Assembly (NCBI RefSeq): GCF_018977255.1
Contig: NW_024704742.1
Coordinates: 40,116,001 to 40,180,000 of the forward strand
DNA from: Callorhinchus milii
Taxonomy: Eukaryota
Direction: 5' to 3'
Length of the DNA stretch: 64,000 bases
In this document: positions 26,501 through 36,899 of the stretch, one piece after another
Numbering within the stretch: the stretch's first letter is position 1
Layout of the letters: the number at the start of each line of letters is the position of its first letter
Notes under the pieces: model-generated
Told to the model about the DNA's origin: nothing
Databases searched by the model: none
The model's input: only the letters and a program-made list of their open reading frames with translations
Position numbers and translations under genes: made by a program

Positions 26501-29500
26501 GCTAACATAAAGAAATGCAACACACTTATCACTCAATTGAAAATTCAGGTTACCTGAAAACTTTGGTCAGTATTCCACATCATTTCTCTTTTCCTCAGGG
26601 TAAAAACTCTGGAGATGGTTTCACAGATATCACCAGCATGATAGTAACTCACCCAGCAGGCTAGTCTTCAGTCAGGTCAACTATCTACACAAGTTTAATC
26701 CTTTCCACACTCAATAATTACACACAAATACAGGGTTCAATGATAGTAATGCAGAACAGAATCTCAACTGATTTACTCCATCTTAAGCCCAGAGACATGG
26801 GGCAATTGCAGCATCTTCACTCATTATAGCCAGTGTATATAGTCTAAGATGGCATTCCAATGGAGCAATATTTTGTATATCCGGTTCCTGAGCCAGAAGG
26901 GGCTGCAGTGCACCAGGGCACTGCTAATGACAGCACAGCCTGCCTGGCTCATCGGCTAGACCTGGAAGGGCAGACCAGTTATTGGGGGCAGGGAGTCATC
27001 CCACTCAGCTCCTGGTAACCCTGCAAGCCAAAGCCCTAATGGGTAGGGTGGTCCTAATTGGACAAGCAGCGGGAAAGCTTGCTAGACAGCAATATTAATG
27101 GCAAGCTACACTCTGGGGTCCCCACTGCAGATACAAAGTATAGAGTTTTGATTGTGTACACTGGTTAAATCAGTAAATGTAGATAGGTACTGATTTGACT
27201 CAAATTCATTTTGTACAATCACCGTGCTTTAAATTTCACTGATTACATTTCAGTTTTCACTACGAGATGCCCGTTGATAAATGTGACCGTTCAAATGTTC
27301 AAATTTCACAAGATTGATTCTTCCTCAACATCATTTCTTAATCAGTGCAAAGGAGGAACAAGTGTTACACAAGACATCAGCTCCAAGATGTATATAAATA
27401 AACACACTGCAGCAGACAACTTAAATCGCAATGCACGTTTGAAATCTCTAATACTCAAGACATGTTTACATAGTCATTTAAATATTTTACCTGTGCATCA
27501 AACTTCCCTGCGTTCTGAAGAAATATTCTGCAGACTTCATACAGGTTATGTATTTCACAAGTATGGTTTTCCAGACATTCAAAAACTGCACATCCCACAT
27601 CACCAGCACTGAGCAAACAGTTACTTATTTCAACTGTTGGATAAAATAGACATTTTCCTAATTATTTTGCATATTGGGCAAGTCAGCCCACAGGTTTAAA
27701 AAAAACAACTATTGCAATGCTTATGGGAAGAAGGGTGAATTATATAAAACATATTTAGCTAGCAGTGTGTTGGTCTCAATCTCAATGGGTTTAGCAGCAT
27801 CTGAAAGAGAAAAATAGGTCAGCACATCAGGTATATCCCTTCATTAGATGCGACACAACTGACCTGCTGTGCAACCTTTTTTATTTAAAAACAACTCAAT
27901 GGCCTTGGATAACAGCTGAATAAATCGCATGAACTCTTTTGTCATTCGAGCTCTACTCAAGTATCTGTCTCAACCATAGCCATCTTCTGTATAAACAAGA
28001 CGAGCAGCTGTGTTGAAATATGGTCTGTAGCACAGAACAGTCCACATCGAGGATCCATGTAAGCTACGGCAGATCGCAAATCCATTTGAATATATGGAGC
28101 TCTGTTTATTGAAGAGCGACATAAATCAGCAAAGGTCAAATGTTAAACTTAAAAGGGGCCAGGCACTCTTAAAAAAAGGAATACTCGGTTGCTCTAAAGG
28201 CAATCTGCGATCTATAATATCTGCTTCTGATGGCTGAGGGCTTGTGATCGCCGTTTAAAGTACATAATAGCACATTTCAACATAAACTGTGCATTTCCCC
28301 CCCACTCCCAGTGTCAACTGGAAAAAAACTGAGCTTTGTAAAGACAACAACTGGGTGATGCTCAGCATAAAACTAAAGGAAAATGAATAATAATATAATG
28401 CAGGTACTGATACAATAGATTTTTTTGTTTCTAGATTAAGTATTCTGTATCACAAGAATATATGCTATATAGCTAATTCACCTTGCGGTATATTCTGTGA
28501 GGCACTTTGAGACATCTCAACTACATGATAAGGCGCTATATCAAATGCAAGATTATTAATAATACAAAGGAATGGGGGGGGGGGGCAAGAGAAATCCTTC
28601 CAAAATAAAATACATGCCTAAAGTAAGAGGAAAACAAGCATGTTCGCTGTTTAAAAATCTGAACCACAGTTTCCATTAAACCTGCGCACAAACGATAGCA
28701 ATTTTTGCGCCATTGGTTACTCCCAAGAGGCTGGGATGGTTCTCCTTTTTAGAGCAGAGAAGGTTAAGAGGAGAGTTAATAAAGTTGTTTTTAAAATTTG
28801 GTAAAAGTAAAAAGGCGCAATCTCTGACAGGGTCACTTCACACACTGTCTCTCTCTCTCTGTCTGTCTGTCTCTCTCCACAAGCGGCTCCCATAACGACT
28901 CTCCTCTAACCCTGAGCCCAGCCACTCTCTCTCACTGACTTACTCTCTCACTGAGCCGCTCGCTCACTCTCACTGAGCCGCTCGCTCACTCTCACTGAGC
29001 CGCTCGCTCACTCTCTCACTGACCCGCTCGCTCACTCTCTCACTGACCCGCTCGCTCACTCTCCCACTGACCCGCTCGCTCACCTTTCCACTGACCCGCT
29101 CGCTCACTCTCTCCCTGAGCCGCTCACTCACTCTCTCCCTGAGCCGCTCACTCACTCTCTCCCTGAGCCGCTCACTCACTCTCTCCGAGCCGCTCACTCA
29201 CTCTCTCCCTGACCCGCTTACTCACTCTCTCCCTGACCCGCTCACTCACTCTCTCCCTGACCCGCTCGCTCACTCTCTCCCTGACCCGCTCGCTCACTCT
29301 CTCCCTGAGCCGCTCGCTCACTCTCTCCCTGACCCGCTCGCTCACTCTCTCCCTGAGCCGCTCGCTCACTCTCTCCCTGAGCCGCTCGCTCACTCTCTCC
29401 CTGACCCGCTCGCTCACTCTCTCCCTGAGCCGCTCGCTCACTCTCTCCCTGTGCTGCTCACTCACTCTCTCCGAGCCGCTCACTCACTCTCTCCCTGAGA

Positions 29501-30904
29501 CGCTCACTCACTCTCTCCCTGAGACGCTCACTCACTCTCTCCCTGAGCCGCTCACTCACTCTCTCCCTGTGCTGCTCACTCACTCTCTCCGAGCCGCTCA
29601 CTCACTCTCTCCGAGCCGCTCACGCTCACTCACTCTCTCCCTGACCGGCTCACTCACTCTCTCCCTGAGCCGCTCACTCACTCTCTCCCTGACCGGCTCA
29701 CTCACTCTCTCCCTGAGCCGCTCACTCACTCTCTCCCTGAGCCGCTCACTCACTCTCTCCCTGAGCCGCTCACTCACTCTCTCCCTGTGCTGCTCACTCA
29801 CTCTCTCCGAGCCGCTCACTCACTCTGTCCGAGCCGCTCACGCTCACTCACTCTCTCCCTGACCGGCTCACTCACTCTCTCCCTGAGCCGCTCACTCACT
29901 CTCTCCCTGACCGGCTCACTCACTCTCTCCCTGAGCCGCTCACTCACTCTCTCCCTGAGCCGCTCACTCACTCTCTCCCTGAGCCGCTCACTCACTCTCT
30001 CCCTGAGCCGCTCACTCACTCTCTCCCTGAGCCGCTCACTCACTGTCTCCCTGAGCCGTTCACTCACTCTCTGAGCCGCTCACTCACTCACTCTCTGAGC
30101 CGCTCACTCACTCTCTCCCTGAGCCGCTCACTCACTCTCTCCCTGAGCCGTTCACTCACTCTCTCCCTGAGCCGCTCACTCACTCTCTCCCTGAGCCGCT
30201 CACTCACTCTCTCACTGACCCGTTCACTCACTCTCTCCCTGAGCCGCTCACTCACTGACTCTCTCACTGACTCTCTCACTCACTCACTGACTGACTCTCT
30301 CACTCACTCACTGACTCACTGACTCTCTCACTCACTGACTCTCTCACTCACTGACTCTCTCACTCACTGACTCTCACTCACTCACTCTCTCACTGACTCA
30401 CTCTCACTCTCTCACTGACTCACTCTCACTGACTCACTCTCTCACTCACTGACTCTCTCTCTTTCACTCACTCTCTCACTGACTCACTCTCTCACTGACT
30501 CTCTCACTCTTTCACTCACTCTCTCACTGACTCACTCTCTCACTGACTCTCTCACTCTTTCACTCACTCTCTCACTCACTGACTCACTCACTCACTGACT
30601 CTCTCTCTTTCACTCACTCTCTCACTGACTCACTCTCTCACTGACTCACTCTCTCTCTCACTGACTGACTGACTGCCGCCGGTGTGTGTTGCTCACCTGT
30701 GCTGTGCACTGACAGCCGCACCTTGCCCTGCACAGAGCCCGAGCCTCCCCCTCCTCCTCCCCCTCCTCCTCCTCCACCACCTCCGCCGCCGGCAGAGCGC
30801 TTCTCCGGCCCCAGCTCACTGCCCTCCGACTCCTCTCCGGCCACCGCGTGAAAGCCGAGGAGCAGCGACAGGACGGCCAACCTCGGCGGCACCAGCAAAC
30901 CCAT
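20230..30904 (-). CDS. STC2: Stanniocalcin, STC2-like but divergent; 4 coding exons join(30904-30697, 27633-27491, 23485-23274, 20533-20230), 867 nt, 288 aa secreted glycoprotein
   Basis: All introns are GT-AG with matching phases (1, 0, 2). Internal exons are 143 and 212 bp as in vertebrate STC1/STC2. Signal peptide present, all 11 family cysteines present, conserved N-glycosylation site (NHT). Family assignment is secure; orthology to STC2 is not (see findings). Confidence 0.93.
22330..22515 (+). mobile_element. LF-SINE-like relic (3' half) in stanniocalcin intron 3
   Basis: GGCTCAGCTGTGAT...ACTCACTG..AAGGCTCACACATCAGCAATGGCCACTTGGG..AGG.CACCAGAGG resembles the LF-SINE consensus as recalled. 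Confidence 0.6.
23274..23485 (-). CDS. STC2: Stanniocalcin exon 3
   Basis: 212 bp, ttaatAG / GTaagt; GKLFIKDFLKCNANGIKSRFSCNIRRCSVIQEILSELQKDCYQNFDICAIAHDNVNAFAEMIDLHDLLLNG. Not in the supplied ORF track. Confidence 0.95.
24730..24997 (+). mobile_element. L2 LINE 3' end
   Basis: Nearly identical to 5370-5630 (AGGCTCTGGAACTCTATCCCCCAGTGCCTTC...GGGACGTCCTCCCGACGTGAAAGGCGCTCTATAAATGGAATC(TTG)n). Confidence 0.88.
27491..27633 (-). CDS. STC2: Stanniocalcin exon 2
   Basis: 143 bp, ccaacAG / GTaaaa; VEISNCLLSAGDVGCAVFECLENHTCEIHNLYEVCRIFLQNAGKFDAQ versus human STC2 AEIQHCLVNAGDVGCGVFECFENNSCEIRGLHGICMTFLHNAGKFDAQ. Not in the supplied ORF track. Confidence 0.95.
28925..30675. repeat. Minisatellite (24-bp unit CTGAGCCGCTCACTCACTCTCTCC and variants) grading into CACT/GACT/CTCT low-complexity repeat; stanniocalcin intron 1
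   Basis: Visible tandem array ~28945-30260 followed by (CTCA/CTGA/CTCT)n to ~30675. It explains the RERVSE and SLTLSL ORFs. Confidence 0.97.
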
Positions 30905-31410
30905 GTCCCTCCCCTCCTCCTCCCCGCAGCCCCGCAGCCCCGTGTGAGCCCGAGCCCCGCTCCCGGGGCGGCTTTACGCAGCGCTCCCCAACCACGTGAG
31001 GAGAGGCAGAGGCAGAGGGAGGACCTGAGGCACACAGCCAGGGCTCTGCCTCTCGCCCAATCACTGCCTCCTGCCCCCCCCCACAAGCCTGGCTCCCCCT
31101 CACAAGCTGGCAAGGCTGCCCACCCCCTCTCACCCCCTCTCACCCACCCCCACCCACACACCCACCCCCAGCTGAGCGCTTTTTACGGAGCGCGAGAGTT
31201 ACCCCCGCGCACGCGCCGCGTTTCCGCCCGGCGGGTCGAGCCCCGTGAACCCCTTCACTGGAGAAGCCGTAGCCACCGGCTCGGAAGATCGCCCTTCGGG
31301 TCGCGCCCATCTCCTCGGGGCCGGGTCGGGCGGCGTCTCGAGCGGACACCGTCCCGGCGCGAAGGGCAGCTCGGAAACGGCACGTTGTTGCCGTTGCTGT
31401 TGCTGTTGAA
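30670..31410. promoter_or_regulatory. CpG island covering stanniocalcin exon 1 and promoter
   Basis: Abrupt GC- and CpG-rich segment in an otherwise AT-rich, CpG-poor window. It spans the start codon and ~500 bp upstream, and contains CACGTG (30993-30998) and CCAAT (~31057). Confidence 0.8.
30697..30904 (-). CDS. STC2: Stanniocalcin exon 1 (signal peptide, poly-Gly)
   Basis: MGLLVPPRLAVLSLLLGFHAVAG signal peptide, EKRSA-G16-SGSVQ, then GKVRLSVHST (STC2 KGRLSLQNT). Donor CAG/GTgagc, phase 1, in frame with exon 2. Confidence 0.88.
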
Positions 31411-32904
31411 ACGAAACCCGTTTTGCCCAAAGAATACGCACCTCACGGTATATCCAGCGAAGCGCTTTGATACGTCTCGTCTACATGATGAGCCGCTATG
31501 TAAAAGTGAAAGGGTTATTACTGATATCATTAAAAGTTGGTTGTGCAGCAAGCAAATGAATGCCAACATGCCATAGTTAACTTTTGTAGCGTTCATCTAC
31601 AGAATGCACAGTCACTACACTTCACATATATCCTGGGAAGCATTTTGAGACACCCCACTTGATGTGGAAGACGCTACGTCAAATGTGAGGATTCTTATCA
31701 TTATAAAGTAAATAGTTTTGGATGGATATCGAGGTTTATTAATTAGGGAGCAGGTTTTATTTACGCAAAATAGGTCTTGTGTGGGGTTTAGAGTATATTT
31801 TTTCTCGAACGTTTCCAGACAATGTGAAACTGCTATTAAGAAAGCGTGCAAATGCTACGATGGCAATAGTCAAAAGTCCATCAGCAGTGAAGCCATTTTG
31901 AACGCTTTGTGTGGTTTGGGGCCCTATCTTCAGAAAGATGTTGAAGAGGATAGAAAGAAGAGCAATGACGATGGTTAGGACAATCTTCAAATTAGACCAT
32001 AAGATATAGGTCACTTTAATAAATGATGAGAGGCTGGCACACACAGGTGATTTTGACAGCAGACTATTTCACTTAGACTGTAAAAGGTTACTGGAGGTTT
32101 AAAATTAAAAAGCTTTAAGAAACGCCAGCGATTAACATTTTTTCCACACAGTTTAAAATACACGGAACAGATGCCAAACAAAAGTAATAAATAGTGTGCT
32201 GATTAACATCTTTTAATAAAATCAGAATCTGCTTAAGAGCAATGTTGGAGGATATAGTAGGTGCAGACCAATATGATACTTCACAGGACACCCATTTCTG
32301 TGTTGCCGTAGCTCAAGACCCAAAGGTTTCAGTATTGCTGGCGCCAGTTGTTTGGCGAGAAGAGACTAGTTTTGATTTAAGACTTTGAATCAGGGCTTTT
32401 GACTTGGGACTAAGATGAACTTTCCCCCAAGAAATAGAATTGGAGTGGTGGAGTCAACCAGCATTGAAAGGAACGTATCAAAGTCAATGTGGTAGATGGT
32501 CTGTGGAAGGAGTGAATGTGATGGGTCAAGTAACTTTTTCTCATTCCACATGTTTCTAGGATAGAAATGAAAGGAAGATAGCTCACACCAGTGTGTAATG
32601 ATCTCATAGCTTTACCAAAAACATTATGTTAAAATGCACACAATCACTTTCAGATATTTCCTTTTTTTTGAAAAAAAAGGTCTTCCTTTGCAAAGGATGG
32701 ATCTTTGCTGTGCTGCTAGTTTCTGTCATTCAGGGAGATAGAAACTGGAGGTATGAAGATCAGCATATTTTATGCTTTAGAGGACATCAATCTGAATTAG
32801 AAAAATGTTCAAAGCAAATCTACGTATGATATCATCTTGTACATTCAAGGGGCAAGTAGTAATATTTGAGAGCAGGGTAGCCTGACAGATGTGGACATCA
32901 GTGT

Positions 32905-33056
32905 CAACACCAGGAGTCAGGAGTTCTGATGAAGGGTCGTGGACCCGAAACGTTGACTCACTTTCCTTTCTCCATAGATGCTGCCTGACCTGCTGAGGGT
33001 TCCCAGTGACTTCTGTTTTTGTTTCAGACTTCCAGCATCTGCAGTATTTTGAGTTT
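32905..33056 (+). mobile_element. Short retroelement insertion (Penelope-LTR-like / retrozyme-like) with 13-bp TSD
   Basis: TGGACATCAGTGT occurs at 32892-32904 and 33057-33069, flanking a 152-bp insert that holds a hammerhead core and GATGCTGCCTGACCTGCTGAG...TTCCAGCATCTGCAGT. Confidence 0.8.
32921..32959 (+). ncRNA. Minimal type I hammerhead ribozyme motif
   Basis: GAGUU-CUGAUGA-A-GGGUC-GUG-GACCC-GAA-ACGU-U-GACUC: stem I GAGUU/GACUC, core CUGAUGA and GAAA, stem II GGGUC/GACCC, palindromic ACGU in place of stem III, GUU cleavage triplet. Confidence 0.7.
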
Positions 33057-33234
33057 TGGACATCAGTGTGACTGTGTAAATATATACCTGTGTTTTGACA
33101 ATTATTTCTTCTTCGCTCCCACTCCCCACCCCACCCATCTTAAACTATGTAAATGTTGATAGGAATTTAGCAGCAACCATTTGTTAGTCAATTGGCTTTT
33201 CTGCAGGTTTTTTTAAAAAAATTAAAATAAAAAA

Positions 33235-33407
33235 TGTTGGTCTCTCAATCCATGGCTGTTTGTGGGACACTGCTGTGTACAATTGGCTGCCGCATTTTGC
33301 CCACAAAATATAGTCAATTCACTTTACAGTGTATTCCGTGAAGCACTTTGAGACGTCTCAATGACATGATAAAGTGCTATATCAAATGCAAGGATTATTA
33401 TTATTAT
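33235..33407 (+). mobile_element. 5'-truncated SINE copy (representative of many)
   Basis: CTGTTTGTGGGACACTGCTGTG...GTCAATTCACTTTACAGT...TATCAAATGCAAGGA(TTA)n. Similar tails lie at ~385-510(-), 8240-8365, 14330-14440(-), 21885-22060(-), 35185-35293, 40725-40900, 44205-44335(-), 59510-59605 and 59990-60105. Confidence 0.85.
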
Positions 33408-34149
33408 CCTTCTACTGGACATAGCTTAATTGCCTTTTGTAATGTATTATTATTATCTATAAAATATATATTAACACCTTTACTTTTAATTCCATGTGTT
33501 TCAGAGCATTGATGAAGGGCATAAATTCTTCTGAAAACCTATAACAAATTGTGACTGTGCTGCTAAAAACAAACCTATAATTATAGTAGTTTCTTTATTT
33601 CAGTGAACAAAAAAAGTCAATGTTTCCCTAAACTTTATTGAATTAATTATGTCCTTGTGGTTTTGAAGTAATTCCAGCCAAGGTCCTAATTGGCTATTTT
33701 CTTTATAGATCCCATGATACTATTTTTAAAAAAGAAGGAAGGTTCTTCCAGTGTCCTGGCCAACAATCCTCCAGATAAATTAGTCTTTATTCACTTCATG
33801 ATTGCTTGTGCAACTTTGCTGCTGCACATGGCAACTACCTTTGCCTAGACAAAACAGTCACTGTACTTGATAATAATTATTGTGAAGCACTAAGACATGT
33901 TAAGGGTCTATATTTTCTTTAACTGTTCCACTGAGCTGTTGAATTTCAGGCATGATCTAAGGTTTAGAAGAGAATAAGTCAACAAGCCAACATCTGCCTG
34001 TTCAGTTGGACATTAAAGATTCCATGGCGCTGTTTGGAAAGAGAGGGAGTTTCTCCAGGTGTCCTGGCAACAAGAGCAGATCTTTAAATAAATATATTTT
34101 TAAAAGTCATTATTTTATTGCCTGATGGTATAAAGTAAATGCACCATAT

Positions 34150-34395
34150 ACAATTACTGAACCTTGCAGTCCCAGATTTGATCCCAGGCTTAATCGTCTG
34201 TTTGTGTCAATTTAGCTGACTTCACCCAGGGTAGAAGTGGAAGAACCTTAGCAAGTCTTGGACAAGGGAGAAGACAAATGAGACAGGGTTCCGGCTACTG
34301 AACCGTATACAAATGTCTCTTGCTAATGTATGGACATTGGTGAGGACATGAATGGGCTCAGCTGTGCTGCGCACAGATTGAATAGGCCGCTTGTA
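34150..34395 (+). mobile_element. LF-SINE-like relic
   Basis: GTCCCAGATTTGATCCC...TTAGCTGA...CAGGGTTCCGGCTACTGA...GGTGAGGACATGAATGGGCTCAGCTGTG...GAATAGGC matches recalled LF-SINE motifs in order. Confidence 0.6.
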
Positions 34396-36899
34396 TTAGC
34401 TCTTACAGAAAGAATGTCCGCTTAGACGACATACGGGAGGGAGGGTTCCCATGGAGATATGCCATTAGTGAAAGTCTAAGGAGCAGTGGGGAGAGATGCA
34501 AAGTGAGTTGGCAAAAAGTGTAATGCTTTTCTTTTCGGGATGGGAGGGGGGAGGAAAAGACCCTCAATCTACAGGTAAGTAATTTTCCATTGCTAGTACT
34601 AACCTGTAGAGTTACCAAACCCTTTAACAGTAAATGACAGCAGTATTTAGATGTAGAATATTATAGCTTTAAGATCTTGTTCTACTTTTCATACAGAAAG
34701 GCTGCTGGCACCTATGGAACCATATTCCAAGTATGATAAGGACTTGATAGACTGTGAGGGTTATTTACCAGCTTTAATACACTAGAGAAAGTTATTTTTT
34801 ATCTTTCCTGCTCAAATGGAATAAACATGTGTGAAATTCAGTTTTACATTTTATTGTGGAATGCACAATAGTAAAATAGACTTACAAAACTATTTCACTG
34901 TAACTTTTCCACAAATGTACTGTAATTGGCCATTAAAATTCATATTTGTCTACAGTCCAACATGCGGTCGGGTTGTGGTCTGGTCATCTACATTCCACAC
35001 GTTGTAAAATAGCCTTCTGTCCAGCTATTTAGGCGTATTGGAATTGTGCCATATAAATGAGATGTGATATAGAAGCCAAGTCTGGCTAGAATTACTTGAT
35101 ATACTCAAGGACATGACGATTTGAAGAACGTTGCGGAGACATTGCATTTTTATACACTTAAGTAAAGAAACTACTGTAATTATCCACAAAATATACAGTC
35201 AATTCACTTTACAGTATATTCTGTGAAGCGCTTTGCGATGTTTCGAAGAAGTGATAAGGCGTTATATCAAATGCAAGGATTATTATTATTATTGGATCTC
35301 TTTTAAGCAATATTCTGTATCACAGTAAAGGTTTTATACATTTTCAGATATCCTTAGAAACTTTGCTCGTATTTTACTTTTAATTGATGGAATTAAGAAG
35401 TAAATGTGTTTACAAATTATAGACCATATTGCTATTTATTAAGGTACATTTAAGTGTACAATTCCATAATAAATGTATATTATTGTAAGTTCATAACTAC
35501 AAATTTAACATTTCAACAATAAATTGAACCATTATTTTAAATGTTACATATTCTCTCCTTCAGTGATGTACTAGAACTATAAACTATTTTATCACAGTCA
35601 ATCTTGCAGATATTAAATAAGATTGAAATTAAGCAAACAAACCACACACAAAGAAAAAAAATTAAGAGTCAACATTTTTAAAGGCAGAAAGCAGACCATT
35701 TTGTATTCTGATCAGAAAAGTAAGGAACAGCTGGGGTACATCTTACTGTAATTTCATGTATGGGAGTTGGTTTTCAACTGGATATTAGCATTAAGAATCA
35801 GAAGCTGCCTTCTTGATGCTCACTCATCTTGGTGACCCTGGAGAGGACGTGCTGAGGTAAGTAGGACTTTGTTTAATCCTTTGCAGCTTTTGCTCATGTG
35901 CCATATGTAACACATGTTCTCAACTCAAAATGTCCCACTGCATTCTACTATGTCAATACAATGGCTACAGTGCTGTGATGAAGCAAGAATATAATGATGT
36001 CTACAAACGATGGGCTGTGAAGGAGCTCAATCTTTAAAAACTGAGCCTTTTGGTGATGAAAAGAAAGGCAGTGGACAAATTTTTAACCAATTTTCGGGGG
36101 AGGAAATTCACTCTGTCATGGTGCGTCACTGGTGACAAAAGCTTGCCAGTCAAAAACTACTGGGGCTAGTGGAAATATAAGCCATCAAGTCAAAAGTCAC
36201 CTGTAATAATTACCTTCACTACTGGGAATGAACCACTTGACCTATGTAAAATGTATTTTTATTTCACACAGGCAGCAGAAAGTGGAGAATGGCAGAGTTC
36301 CAGGAGGGCAGGAAAGCAGCAGAAAGTTAAATGTTCATCTGTAAAACTCATACAAATTACAGCCCAAATGGTCCATCGAACCTTAGCTGATGCTGGCTCG
36401 GTCATTGGAGCTAACTCTAATTTCTTGCTCTTTCCTGCACTCTTATATTTTCTCTTCAAATTGTTTATCTAATATTGATGAAGGTATCAGTGCGCCCTCC
36501 GCTGAGGAACAGAAAAGAGCACAAAGTGCCACATCCACAAGACTGGCATAAGATCAAATCTTTTTTAAATGAATCCAGTGTCCTGGCCTTAACCACACTT
36601 TTGAAGCAGAAGTCACCACATCTTTTTCCTCCACTCCACACTTCCGTAGCAACATCTCAGAGAAGGACAGGGGTGGACTGGATACAGGGAGAATCGGGAT
36701 ATTTTGCCAAGTGCCCCTGTGAATGGTCGCTCACCTCACAGCGATTTGCAAGACGTTGCCGTGTGGTTAATTTCCATGCAGCTGTTGGAGTTTTGGGTTT
36801 CTCAGTACCCGACTTCTCTTTCACTGGGGACACAGCTGTTCTCTTCACAAGCTGTGCCCGTTCTATATGCAGTAGTCCTGTACTCGGGATTAAAAGTAG

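Noticed and set aside
26440..26510. ARCLANMG...VFEY peptide resembling stanniocalcin exon 2
   Set aside because: Lacks the cysteine pattern and splice sites; it belongs to the repeat shared with 41.2-41.4 kb. The true exon 2 is at 27491-27633.
27211..27612. 133-aa plus-strand ORF
   Set aside because: Antisense overlap of stanniocalcin exon 2; no recognisable protein features.
28970..30279. Multiple RERVSE / SLTLSL ORFs
   Set aside because: Translations of the 24-bp minisatellite. The array has no unique spacers, so it is not CRISPR-like either.
30658..31596. Long overlapping GC-rich ORFs, including the 242-aa plus-strand ORF
   Set aside because: Expected stop-codon scarcity in a CpG island; no recognisable domain. 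Only the 30904 minus-strand frame splices into stanniocalcin.
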